Virus record (IMG/VR): IMGVR_UViG_3300000525_000005
Location: 1-52,142 of that record
Direction: 5' to 3' (one strand)
Source of the DNA: a virus
Taxonomy: Duplodnaviria > Caudoviricetes
DNA length: 52,142 nt
Below the pieces are notes generated by a model. It ran no database searches. It was not told where the DNA came from and saw only the letters and a list, made by a program, of their open reading frames with translations. This document shows, piece after piece, positions 8,730 through 17,775 of this stretch. Each line of letters starts with the position of its first letter. Positions within the stretch are counted from its first letter, which is position 1. The translations under genes were made by a program, and so were the position numbers.

Positions 8730-8758
8730 AGTTTAACGGTGATTTGAAAGTCTGTCAA
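8730..8758 (-). promoter_or_regulatory. Sigma70-like promoter
   Basis: TTGACA (8758-8753), 17-nt spacer, TAAACT (8735-8730). Confidence 0.7.
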
Positions 8759-8761
8759 GAA

Positions 8762-9115
8762 TTAATTAAATTTTTCTTTAATTACTTCCATTAGAGGTAA
8801 CATGTCCCTAGATACATCTGAGTATTCTTCCATCTCTTTTTCTGAGATAAATGCACGATCACCTTCTTCTGCATAATCTCCTTGGACAACTATTTCATCA
8901 CCCGCCCAACAACCAACAAGCTCATCCAGAGGGTACTCTAATCTATTAAGATCACCTCCACCTCGTCCATTACTATTAGCAAGTAGTATAAATAAGAGTG
9001 TAGAAGTAGAAGTTGGATGACCAACCTGTTCTAAGAGCTTTAATCCATTATCTAAGATATGTGGATTTAATAACTGCTTCTTCGTTTTATTATAAATCAA
9101 GTGATACTGTCCCAT
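8762..9115 (-). CDS. Conserved phage hypothetical protein
   Basis: MGQYH..N.TK...PH...GLKLLE and GCWAGDEI.V.GDY motifs. Confidence 0.7.
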   Translation of the reverse strand: MGQYHLIYNKTKKQLLNPHILDNGLKLLEQVGHPTSTSTLLFILLANSNGRGGGDLNRLEYPLDELVGCWAGDEIVVQGDYAEEGDRAFISEKEMEEYSDVSRDMLPLMEVIKEKFN

Positions 9116-9339
9116 TATCCATTCTCCTCTGGTTCTGGTGGATTAATATAACCGTTGTAACGTTCAAGTGTCTTCATTGCTTCTGAAGCCATATGAAGTT
9201 CCTCAGGATGGATATGAATCTTTTCACCATCTGATCTTGTTATCATAGCCATTAAACTTTCAAACTCATGGCTTACTGTTACTTCTGGATCACCATCACC
9301 AACAGTAATGGTTTCAAATCTATATTTTAATTCATTCAT
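9115..9339 (-). CDS. Hypothetical protein
   Basis: 74-aa ORF overlapping the helicase stop. Confidence 0.65.
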   Translation of the reverse strand: MNELKYRFETITVGDGDPEVTVSHEFESLMAMITRSDGEKIHIHPEELHMASEAMKTLERYNGYINPPEPEENG

Positions 9340-10562
9340 TGGATGTCACCTGTTAGAACCACTTGTTTGCTGGCTCGTGAAATGGCTACGTAGAGTAGTC
9401 GTGCTAGAGCTACAGGACTTCGTACATGGCTCAAGGAGCCCAAGTCAATGTAAACAGTCTCAAAGGTACTACCTTGAGATTTGTGTACTGTAGACGAGTA
9501 CATAGGGCGTAAATCAGCTAATGAATCATATAAGTAAGAAGCTTCTTCCTTATCCAAATGGTCATCAGCATCTAGAATGTCCTCAATGGCCTTTAGAGCC
9601 TTCTTAGGACTATCAGGTACATATACTTCAACTGAGGCTTTCATGGTCATTAAGAAGAACGTGGTGCCATTACAGTCAGGTATATGAGACTTGTATGGTG
9701 CTTTACCTTCAATGATAACTTCTTCATCAGTTTTAATAGATTTAACATAATGATTACTTACTACGGTATCTCCAGCAACTAACTCAGTTCTGCCATTGGC
9801 CAAACCAAATAAATGAGTATTGTGATGATTAACCACATTATTGGTTCCTGCTAGTACACGGTGATGTAGTGTAAGAGATTCATCAATGATAAATACCTTC
9901 TCAGTCATTATCTGAAACTCTTCAGAAGAGATACGAATAATCTCATCACTTAACTCTATGAGCGGGAATGGTATTGCGCCATCAGATTCAATGAATGCTT
10001 TGAACTTATTACAAATAGCAGCAATTTTAGGTGCCTTGGTTTGACGTACTGGTGTTGTAAGAGTAATGAGATCATACCCTTGTTCAAATACTGGACAAGT
10101 AGTAGATTTAACTGGTGTCAGTTGATTACGATCACCAATAAAGATAACTTTAATCTTGTCACTGATCTCATCAATAAATTTTAATAGTTTTTTATCAATG
10201 TATGAACACTCATCTACTACTAGAACACACTTTCTATCTCCTAGCTTATCTCTAGCATTTTGTGACTTGATAAGATTTCCTCTATAGGGTCTTAACCCTA
10301 AAAGTGAATGAATAGTACTGACTTCTTGGTTAGGTAAGTTGATTTGAATGGCTTGTTTGGCTTTGTTGGTGGTTGCTGTGAAGAACCAGTCTAGAGGGAT
10401 TCCTGCATTACTGTCTCGTATATCTTTCATAACTTGTACGATAGTAACGGTTTTTCCAGTTCCAGCGGATCCTGTGAGGATAATACGATTATCTGTATCG
10501 TCTCTAATAAAATTAACTAGCTCATCTCTAGCTTCTGTTTGATCTTGGTTTAAAGTAATCAT
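9336..10562 (-). CDS. SF1 (Dda/RecD-like) DNA helicase
   Basis: GSAGTGKT, VVDECS, IGDRNQL, TVHKSQGSTF, YVAISRA. Confidence 0.92.
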   Translation of the reverse strand: MITLNQDQTEARDELVNFIRDDTDNRIILTGSAGTGKTVTIVQVMKDIRDSNAGIPLDWFFTATTNKAKQAIQINLPNQEVSTIHSLLGLRPYRGNLIKSQNARDKLGDRKCVLVVDECSYIDKKLLKFIDEISDKIKVIFIGDRNQLTPVKSTTCPVFEQGYDLITLTTPVRQTKAPKIAAICNKFKAFIESDGAIPFPLIELSDEIIRISSEEFQIMTEKVFIIDESLTLHHRVLAGTNNVVNHHNTHLFGLANGRTELVAGDTVVSNHYVKSIKTDEEVIIEGKAPYKSHIPDCNGTTFFLMTMKASVEVYVPDSPKKALKAIEDILDADDHLDKEEASYLYDSLADLRPMYSSTVHKSQGSTFETVYIDLGSLSHVRSPVALARLLYVAISRASKQVVLTGDIQ

Positions 10563-10726
10563 GCCCTATCCTTAAATAATTCATTAACTATTTCAGTAAT
10601 GCTTAACCATTCATTTTTATGTATGGTTACACAGTTACTATCATTTAAATCTTTTATAACCACGTATGAACCGTATCTTGCAAAACGTAAAGGGGTGTTT
10701 TCTAGGTAAATATATTTATTTGCCAT
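10559..10726 (-). CDS. Small hypothetical protein (not in ORF track)
   Basis: MANKYIYLENTPLRF...LFKDRA* 55 aa, AAGGA RBS, ATGA overlap with helicase. Confidence 0.6.
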   Translation of the reverse strand: MANKYIYLENTPLRFARYGSYVVIKDLNDSNCVTIHKNEWLSITEIVNELFKDRA

Positions 10727-10728
10727 AT

Positions 10729-11838
10729 TTAATTCCTTATATTTATATGGATAACCTTACCGTATGGCTGTTTCCAATCAGGGTTATTAAAGATAACCCA
10801 TATAACTGGTTGCCTAGGTTTAGTTAATTGTTCTGTATGGAATCCACCATCAGTTAATACGATGAGGGCTTCTGATTTACTAGTGATAAAGTGCTGAATA
10901 ACTACTTCAGGGTAAGTACCACCATGTCCTGTAAACTTAACTTTAGATAGTTGATTAATACTCTTAATTGAATCTACGGATTGTAGTATGTGGTCAAACT
11001 GTATTAGCTCTAATTCTCTGGGTGTGGTTGTCTTGAATACACCATGTACTTCAGATATAAACTGAGTAAATTGGTTTTCAGAAACAGAGCCTGAAGTATC
11101 AATGGCAAAACTAATTTTACTAAGACTCTCTTCATCCCTGATATGTGGCATATAAATATCTGTAAACCTTTTATTAGGACGGGCCCAAGAATAATCACTC
11201 TTATCTAGTGCCATCATGAATCTTCTTAGGACTACCTTCCAATTAACTTTTGGTTTAGCCATTTGTATAATCATACGTCTGATTGATTCGGGAACAGAAC
11301 CACCAGCTTCCCTCATATCAGTTATCTGAACAGCACGTACAATCATATCTTGAATTTCTGAAGCTGTTTCAGAAGATTCATTTGGATCCCCCTCTTCTAG
11401 GTCACCATCCATAGGATTATCAATAGAATCGGGCAATAGCTCATAGACCTCTTCAGTAGACATCCCTTCATATACAGGATCTATTAAACCTACAGATGGC
11501 ATAACTAAACCTTGGTTAACAAGCTCAAGATTAATTACATAATCTGCTGCTGCATTATGTTTCATAGGATCCCTATCACCACGGCGCAGCATGTGCTGAT
11601 AAACTACATGCATAGTCTCGTGAGCAAGAAGAAAGGTACGTTGTTTTTCAGGTAAATCCATGAAAAATTTAGTCCCTAATTTAATGTATTTACCATTGGT
11701 ACAAGCAGTAGGGATGGTGTCATCATAAAACACTTCTAAAGAGCACATGACAGTAGATACGAAAGTAGTATTCTTGGCTTTCATCATGTCAATTTTTGCT
11801 TTAGACAATGCACGGTCTAAATCTTCTTGGAGATACAT
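10729..11838 (-). CDS. Metallopeptidase-like plus vWA domain protein (N4 gp25-like)
   Basis: PTACTNG, LAHETMH (HExxH), AIDTSGS (MIDAS), GGT, LTDG. Confidence 0.9.
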   Translation of the reverse strand: MYLQEDLDRALSKAKIDMMKAKNTTFVSTVMCSLEVFYDDTIPTACTNGKYIKLGTKFFMDLPEKQRTFLLAHETMHVVYQHMLRRGDRDPMKHNAAADYVINLELVNQGLVMPSVGLIDPVYEGMSTEEVYELLPDSIDNPMDGDLEEGDPNESSETASEIQDMIVRAVQITDMREAGGSVPESIRRMIIQMAKPKVNWKVVLRRFMMALDKSDYSWARPNKRFTDIYMPHIRDEESLSKISFAIDTSGSVSENQFTQFISEVHGVFKTTTPRELELIQFDHILQSVDSIKSINQLSKVKFTGHGGTYPEVVIQHFITSKSEALIVLTDGGFHTEQLTKPRQPVIWVIFNNPDWKQPYGKVIHINIRN

Positions 11839-11848
11839 GGTATTTTCC

Positions 11849-12151
11849 TTATAGGATTTTATCTAATGCTAATAATTTGAATTCATCTATTAATAATATA
11901 TGAAGGTTAGATCGTTCTATAGTGTAGGTTAAGTATTCAGAAATTGCTTTTAAAGAAGCTTTAGAACTTTTAGAAAGGATGGGATTATTTTTATCATATA
12001 AGAGTACTGACTTAGTACATCTATCATAATGAGTCAGTAAAAAAGAAGCACAAATTTCTGGAGGTGCATTAGTCATATTTACTTCATACCTATGAGCCAT
12101 TATAATTTTAACTAGCTCTGAATCACTAGGAATTACTGTTGAATGGGTCAT
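11849..12151 (-). CDS. Hypothetical protein, paralogue of 12148-12462
   Basis: Shared IP[ST]D..LV..IM, N..IL[ST], YL and L.DE patterns. Confidence 0.65.
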   Translation of the reverse strand: MTHSTVIPSDSELVKIIMAHRYEVNMTNAPPEICASFLLTHYDRCTKSVLLYDKNNPILSKSSKASLKAISEYLTYTIERSNLHILLIDEFKLLALDKIL

Positions 12152-12462
12152 ATTATTTCTTCTATTTTTTTGAGTAGTATCTCATCTCGTAATGCACGAT
12201 ATAGAGGTGATGAGTTTGAATCATGGTTAGATAGTCTGAGATATCTTTTGGTATTCCGCATAACTTTACGAAGGTCAGAAGTAAGTATACTAGTGTTTTG
12301 ATTAAATTCTAATACAGTATTAAGATGTGTTGAATATTGAGTAATACACTGGCAAATAGAGAAGTGAGGATCCTTATTATTTAAATCTGATGTGTAATAG
12401 AGCATTATGGTATAAACAAGTACCTCATCAGTAGGTATGGAGTTCCTAGGTAAATTTATCAT
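12148..12462 (-). CDS. Hypothetical protein, paralogue of 11849-12151
   Basis: Shared patterns with 11849-12151; ATGA overlap. Confidence 0.65.
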   Translation of the reverse strand: MINLPRNSIPTDEVLVYTIMLYYTSDLNNKDPHFSICQCITQYSTHLNTVLEFNQNTSILTSDLRKVMRNTKRYLRLSNHDSNSSPLYRALRDEILLKKIEEII

Positions 12463-12498
12463 AAGTTCTCTTTAATGTATTTTAATAGGTAGTACTGC

Positions 12499-12756
12499 TC
12501 ACAACAGTTCCCTTGTTAATTGGTTTGATTTCATAATAGATATGGCTAAATCTATATATTCCTTTGACATACTAGGTCTACTACCTACTGAAAAAAGCTT
12601 ACCTAACCAATCAGAATACTCTGATTTATTTCTTGGGTCTCTCGTCACATGGTATAGTCTGAATCTATCAATTACGCAGTCTTCATACGAATTTATGGGA
12701 GATTTATAAGCATCATAAAAGACCCTCTCAATAAACTCTTTTTCTTGTTCCGTCAT
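12499..12756 (-). CDS. Hypothetical protein
   Basis: 85 aa, AGGAG RBS. Confidence 0.65.
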   Translation of the reverse strand: MTEQEKEFIERVFYDAYKSPINSYEDCVIDRFRLYHVTRDPRNKSEYSDWLGKLFSVGSRPSMSKEYIDLAISIMKSNQLTRELL

Positions 12757-13046
12757 AATATTTCTCCTATTGAGTTAAGAAGAACCCTTTGAATACATAA
12801 ATTAAGTAGTTCTGTTTCTATTTGATTAAATTTATCTATGAACCTTCCCATTCTGTGATAATGAAATTTAATATCTTCAAAGGTAGCAGATTCATGGTAC
12901 TCATGATATTCCATAACCTCCACGGCAATTCTATGTTTTTCATACACTTCTAGTAGTTTTTCTTTAACGAACTCTTCTACAGAAAGGTCACCAGTTAAGG
13001 TGACCTCTGAGAATACGAAATCTACTATTATTCGTCTAATTTCCAT
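12753..13046 (-). CDS. Hypothetical protein
   Basis: 97 aa, AGGA RBS. Confidence 0.65.
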   Translation of the reverse strand: MEIRRIIVDFVFSEVTLTGDLSVEEFVKEKLLEVYEKHRIAVEVMEYHEYHESATFEDIKFHYHRMGRFIDKFNQIETELLNLCIQRVLLNSIGEIL

Positions 13047-13055
13047 AGGAAGTTC

Positions 13056-14947
13056 CTAGTAAATATGGCGGGCTAAGCTAAGTATCCAATCCTTAAGCTC
13101 CTTTTTAAGTAGATTAGGCTGACGAGCTTTGATCTCTCTTAATGCGCAGATCTGTAACTCTGGTGGGAAGCGACCAAGGTAAACAGCACAGGCTTTAGCA
13201 TTTTCTGGGAGGATGTTATGAGCGATTAGGCCCATAATAGCCCAACGAATACTCATGTTAGAGCTGATTTCAAGACCTTCTGGATCATTAATAATGTCCT
13301 CAAAGCTATGTAAGCTCTTATAAAGTGTTAAGAAGCTTAGGAACTCAGTAGCAACACCCTCACCTAATAAAGAGCTCACAAGGGACTTGTGAGTGCTGTC
13401 TAGCTTTTTACCATCAGTTGTATCAGATAGCATTTCAAGAGTGCGTGGGCAAGCGTACGGAGTTGTTGCGTCAGGATCAAAGGTATAGATGTATTTAGGG
13501 AATCGTCCAATAAATGAAGTGATACGAATATCAATGTGGCCAGCAGCCCATTCCATCCACTCTTTATGGTTTAATTCTAAATAGAAGTGAGCGAATCGTG
13601 AAATCAGTGCTGTGCTCATAGGATTAACAATCGCATTATCATCATCCATGTTACCAGCAGCTAATTTGAATAGGTTAGGATGAAGTTTATGCTGTCCAAT
13701 CATATGATCTAGTGTGAATTTATAAGCAGCAGCCTGAGTAGACTGTTTAGCTGAGTTAAATTCATCGCATTGTTTTCTATATAAGTCGCAACACTTACAT
13801 ACGTTCTCATTACTTACGTAAATGAACTGCTACATGTCGCCATGCAGAGAAGACCATATCAAGACCCTAAAGTTCTTAGGGTCGTTACCGTTTCCAACAT
13901 CATTAGCTTATGTTGTACTCCCATTTCAGGGATGGTCGTTTGGCGTTTAAATGAAATTTGTCGCATATCCAAATTGCTGTAAATTATTACTATTTACATA
14001 TTCATCATAAGCTTTAGCAGCTTGTTTTTCACAAGTAAATCTTCCTAGAGGAATGGTCTCGCCTTTGAACCCAATACATACACACCATTTGTTCCTCTGC
14101 TTAGACCATGAAACACCTACGTACTGTGAAGAGCTGTTTTTACGCTTCTTACTAGCATTAGTGAATCTGTTTTTTTGAAGTCCTGTATCCCAGGCATGTT
14201 GACAGTTCTCAGACTGTGTAACCCATTCTAAGTTAGTAGGTGAGTTATTAAGTTGATTTCCGTCTTTATGATTGACAACAGGTTTATTCAAAGGATTAGA
14301 TACAAAAGCTAAAGCTACTAAGCGATGAATCTGGAATTTATGTACTTTACTATTTCTGTATAAGTTGATACATAAATACCCTCTGTGATTGGTATATGGT
14401 TTTACGTAATTCCTGTTTTTATACTTGTATTTAGAATTAGGGCATCTTCTTACGTTTCCTAAATTAGATACATTATAAGGTAGGTCTTGAACGTCTTTCC
14501 AAATTTCATTATTTAGCACAGGATTGTCTCTTTGTATTAGTAAGTTGAACTCAAGTATAACGAGTAACCAACCATAATACAATTAAATGAGAGTTTCCCT
14601 GTTTAGGTAACTTTTGACATACAATTACTTGTATGAAAGCCCGATTATTTAAGCATCACCAACCAACCGTCATAACCATCAGGGATAGGGTCACCTTCTA
14701 ATGGGAAAGTATCAAATGGGATGAAACTAGCTACACCTTCTGAGAAGCCAGGAAGCCCATTAAAATCACTGGGGTCCATATCAGTTAATCGTAGATCAAT
14801 AAACTTAAGGTTACGTTTCTTGGCAAGCTGTCTTCCAATAGAAGATTTACCAATTCCAGGAGATGAATGCAGGAATGGGCAGATAGGTTTCTTAGCATCC
14901 CACAGCATTTCAATATGTGGTTTAACTTGTGAGATAGTAACTTGCAT
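13056..14947 (-). CDS. MoxR-like AAA+ ATPase (N4 gp24-like); exons 14947-14652 and 13767-13056, 335 aa spliced
   Basis: Walker A SSPGIGKS, IDLRL; splicing restores Walker B WLVMLDEFNSA; AAGN, ALISRF, CPRT. Confidence 0.9.
13768..14651 (-). ncRNA. Group I intron (884 nt) carrying a homing endonuclease ORF
   Basis: Exon ends ...AUGCU, intron starts UAAAUAAUCGGGC and ends AAUG; P7 GACCA/UGGUC; P10 AUCG with CGAU; AACUCUC...GAGACAAU shared with the polymerase intron. Confidence 0.92.
13947..14582 (-). CDS. Intron-encoded NUMOD4-HNH-AP2 homing endonuclease (start uncertain)
   Basis: EIWKDV..YNVSNLGNVR; HRLVA, VNHKDGN..NN...NLEWVT..EN..H; SSQYVGVSW...W..LGRF..E..AAKAYD. Confidence 0.9.
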   Translation of the reverse strand: MYYGWLLVILEFNLLIQRDNPVLNNEIWKDVQDLPYNVSNLGNVRRCPNSKYKYKNRNYVKPYTNHRGYLCINLYRNSKVHKFQIHRLVALAFVSNPLNKPVVNHKDGNQLNNSPTNLEWVTQSENCQHAWDTGLQKNRFTNASKKRKNSSSQYVGVSWSKQRNKWCVCIGFKGETIPLGRFTCEKQAAKAYDEYVNSNNLQQFGYATNFI

Positions 14948-14960
14948 AGTATTTTCCTTA

Positions 14961-15239
14961 TTAAAGTATTTTATTTATTTGATGGACTTTTAAACCATCT
15001 ATAACAAGATTAGTAAGACCGTCCCCTGAGAATTCATTTAAAGAATACTGAAGATGGAGTAGTTCATTAAGATGAGGCTCAGGAAGTCTTTCTAATAAAT
15101 CAATAGATATTCTAAGTTCATTATCTAGATCCTGTAAGGCATAAACAGCAGCAGTCTCTATACTCTTATCAGAGTAGTCTGCATTTGTGTATCCTTTGAC
15201 TGCTAATAGAGCTAGGTATTCCATTATTGGATTAGTCAT
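14961..15239 (-). CDS. Hypothetical protein, probable paralogue of 15239-15508
   Basis: Similar LA...G[YF]T...S.E..A..AL...PE pattern and IN[KR]I[LI] end. Confidence 0.6.
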   Translation of the reverse strand: MTNPIMEYLALLAVKGYTNADYSDKSIETAAVYALQDLDNELRISIDLLERLPEPHLNELLHLQYSLNEFSGDGLTNLVIDGLKVHQINKIL

Positions 15240-15508
15240 TAGATTATCCTATTGATAAGAGCCATACGAATCTGATCTTCTAGTTCCTTCTTAAGAGGTG
15301 AATGAGGATCAAGATGCATAACTTTTAAATATTTTATCATTTGTTTAGTACTTTCTGGAGGTTCACTTAGTGATCGTTTATAAGAAGATTGAGTAACGCG
15401 TGTATAACTATTAAGAGCTCTATACGCATTTTGTTCAGCGCTGAGATGATGATCTATAGTAAATCCATTGGTTTTAAGGATCATAGTAGCTAATTGAGAA
15501 ATGTCCAT
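15239..15508 (-). CDS. Hypothetical protein
   Basis: 89 aa, coupled by TAATG overlaps. Confidence 0.6.
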   Translation of the reverse strand: MDISQLATMILKTNGFTIDHHLSAEQNAYRALNSYTRVTQSSYKRSLSEPPESTKQMIKYLKVMHLDPHSPLKKELEDQIRMALINRII

Positions 15509-15756
15509 TAGCGTTCAACTAAACGATACTTACGTAATTGAGCTACAGTTGTAATTCCACCCATACGTAATAGAGAGAGTAATTCATGTTGAGCATCTGT
15601 CTTATACCAAGACAAATCAATGATATTCATATCTGCTAAAGCACGTTTAACAGATTGAACTGTGACTGAAAAACGGTTAGAGATTTCCTCATATGTAAGA
15701 CCATCTTTAAGATGTAAATCAACTAAGAATTGTTTCTCTTCTTGAGTAAGTTTCAT
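15508..15756 (-). CDS. Helix-turn-helix DNA-binding protein
   Basis: LTQEEK...GLTYEEISNRFSVTVQSVKRAL. Confidence 0.75.
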   Translation of the reverse strand: MKLTQEEKQFLVDLHLKDGLTYEEISNRFSVTVQSVKRALADMNIIDLSWYKTDAQHELLSLLRMGGITTVAQLRKYRLVER

Positions 15757-15830
15757 GGTTTTTTCCTTGAGTTAGGTATCAGACAGTATCCAGTATGAAA
15801 TTGGTTTTTGGAAGTAGTTAGATGTCAGTT

Positions 15831-16034
15831 TTAATGAATTTGGTTAAGCTGAGAGATGGATGTAAAATCAATCCCACAGTTAATAAGAGAAGTGATAACT
15901 TCAATACGATGCTCTAACATTTGAAAGTCGTGTTCACTAGCAAATTCTAAATCGTTTTCGTATTGTAGTAACAAGTCTGAGCAGTTATAAACAGGCTCAA
16001 TACTTGGACGAGATCTGCTTATAACAGTACTCAT
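15831..16034 (-). CDS. Hypothetical protein
   Basis: 67 aa, AAGGAG RBS. Confidence 0.6.
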   Translation of the reverse strand: MSTVISRSRPSIEPVYNCSDLLLQYENDLEFASEHDFQMLEHRIEVITSLINCGIDFTSISQLNQIH

Positions 16035-16048
16035 AGTTGTCTCCTTAA

Positions 16049-16870
16049 TTAGATTTCTAAATAGCGGATGGAGTTATCTTCATTTAAAGGAACAGCATAG
16101 TTCCATTCAGAATTAGTAGTACGGATAGGTAATGTATCCTCAGTATTCATAGATAGTACGCTCTGAGGACAGAACGTACGTGAAGGTCTTTTACACCGCT
16201 CTTCGGATATATCTGAAACAGCACAACGTATACTATCCTCATACATATTTTTGTCTAATAAATAACTGAGAAGTTCCATACCTGAGATAGTACGTTTAGT
16301 TACTACTGCAACAGGTACTTCTAGAGTAAGCGGTTTACCAAAAGAATCTACAGGTACAGCATAGTCCCAAGAGCAGCCACAAGTCAGAAACTCATGAATG
16401 CTGCTATGGCTGTATCCTACTACTGTATTCCTTGCCCCATTCATGATAGCTACAGAGTCACTCGTATCACTAACGAAAGAGAAAAATGGAGCTTGATTAG
16501 TATTAATAAGGTATTCAGCAAGAGATGTACCAGTTAAGCTAACGGTATCTTGATTCTCATACACACGCCTAGTTCCATCAGTATTTAGTGGAGTGGCAAA
16601 ACGATAGGGATCGTCATATGTCTCATACTTATATGGAGAATCCTCTAATCTACTAGTAACGAAAGCGATATTTCTTAAGTCAACAACGTTCTCATTAATG
16701 TCAGATACTGAGCAAAGAACAATACCTTCAGTTTCTAATAAGTAATCACAGAAAGTAGGACCTACTAATTCTTCAGTTTTTCCTTCACCTTTTAAAGTTT
16801 TGATTTCTTCCTCTGCTTCTTTTAGACGTTTGGTTAATTCTTCACGAGATAGTACTAAACTGTCTGACAT
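16049..16870 (-). CDS. Protein with N-terminal coiled coil and three tandem ~75-aa domains
   Basis: G....YL...VSD...[WY].[YF]A[VT]P repeated three times. Confidence 0.7.
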   Translation of the reverse strand: MSDSLVLSREELTKRLKEAEEEIKTLKGEGKTEELVGPTFCDYLLETEGIVLCSVSDINENVVDLRNIAFVTSRLEDSPYKYETYDDPYRFATPLNTDGTRRVYENQDTVSLTGTSLAEYLINTNQAPFFSFVSDTSDSVAIMNGARNTVVGYSHSSIHEFLTCGCSWDYAVPVDSFGKPLTLEVPVAVVTKRTISGMELLSYLLDKNMYEDSIRCAVSDISEERCKRPSRTFCPQSVLSMNTEDTLPIRTTNSEWNYAVPLNEDNSIRYLEI

Positions 16871-16886
16871 GGTAGTTCCTCATTTA

Positions 16887-17276
16887 TTAAGATGTATGGA
16901 CTAAGCCCATATGTTTATAGACAGTAGTAGATACTGTTTTATTATTCTCAACGCTATGTTGAGACTGTTTAAATGTAAATGGATAACAAGGCCTAAAACC
17001 ATTAATAGTTAGTACCTTATCTAGTACAGCATTAAAGTAAGGGGCGCCACCCAACATGATACTGTCTACCTTATACATACCAGATATACGTATGTACTCT
17101 TGGAGTACAAAAACAATATCATTAGCACGTTCAATTAGTTGGGTAACTGTAGGTATAGGTTGAAAAGTACCAAGAGCATTAATTCTACTAATATACTCAT
17201 GAGGTAGATCTATGATACCTACAGCTTTTTGATCTTCTGTAGCTTTATGGCGAGTAAGGTTAAGTATGGTTTCCAT
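16887..17276 (-). CDS. Conserved hypothetical protein, possibly CARF/Rossmann-like
   Basis: ILNLTRHKATEDQ..GIIDLP...MLGGAPY...YKH.GLV; start revised to ATG 17276, downstream of the terminator. Confidence 0.65.
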   Translation of the reverse strand: METILNLTRHKATEDQKAVGIIDLPHEYISRINALGTFQPIPTVTQLIERANDIVFVLQEYIRISGMYKVDSIMLGGAPYFNAVLDKVLTINGFRPCYPFTFKQSQHSVENNKTVSTTVYKHMGLVHTS

Positions 17277-17292
17277 AGTGTTTCCTGGGGTG

Positions 17293-17326
17293 AAAAAGAA
17301 AAAGCCACTCAAATGAGTGGCTTTAT
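17293..17326 (-). terminator. Intrinsic terminator
   Basis: Minus strand aaagccactc-attt-gagtggcttt then tctttttc. Confidence 0.85.
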
Positions 17327-17341
17327 TAGTTTTAGTTATTG

Positions 17342-17521
17342 TTAACCGTCCCAACCTTCGTTGTATTGAATACCTACCCAAGATTCATCGTTATATGGGT
17401 AGGGTACAATATCCATATCATTCATAATATCGTCTAACTCTTCTTTCCTAGCTTGGGATTTCTCCATATCTGAACGATTGAAATGGTTTTTTATTGTCAC
17501 ATAAAAGTTTGAATCTTTCAT
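17342..17521 (-). CDS. Small acidic hypothetical protein (not in ORF track)
   Basis: MKDSNFYVTIKNHF...YNEGWDG* 59 aa, AAGGAG RBS. Confidence 0.65.
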   Translation of the reverse strand: MKDSNFYVTIKNHFNRSDMEKSQARKEELDDIMNDMDIVPYPYNDESWVGIQYNEGWDG

Positions 17522-17609
17522 TGTAAATCTCCTTGGTATTTATTGGAGTATATTAGATTAGTATTACACTAACCTAATCCAAACACGGGCAGAATGCCCC
17601 ATAGTTTAA

Positions 17610-17774
17610 CTAGAGTGGTTTATATCTGTTATTGAATTCTTCTACAATACAATGATCTGATACACCTTCAGGTAAGTACTCAAACGTTACTTCCATATCC
17701 TCTATGAACAAGACACGAACATTTGAGCCATACTTTACACTAATATATACATGACCTATCTTTGGGTATTTCAT
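17610..17774 (-). CDS. Small hypothetical protein
   Basis: MKYPKIGHVY...FNNRYKPL; start revised to follow the RNAP2 stop. Confidence 0.6.
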   Translation of the reverse strand: MKYPKIGHVYISVKYGSNVRVLFIEDMEVTFEYLPEGVSDHCIVEEFNNRYKPL

Positions 17775-17775
17775 A

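Noticed and set aside
13056-13703. Stand-alone 215-aa gene
   Set aside because: Part of ATPase exon 2; the frame extends upstream to the splice site at 13767
17277-17381. N-terminal extension of ORF 16887-17381
   Set aside because: Runs through a terminator and overlaps the 17342-17521 gene
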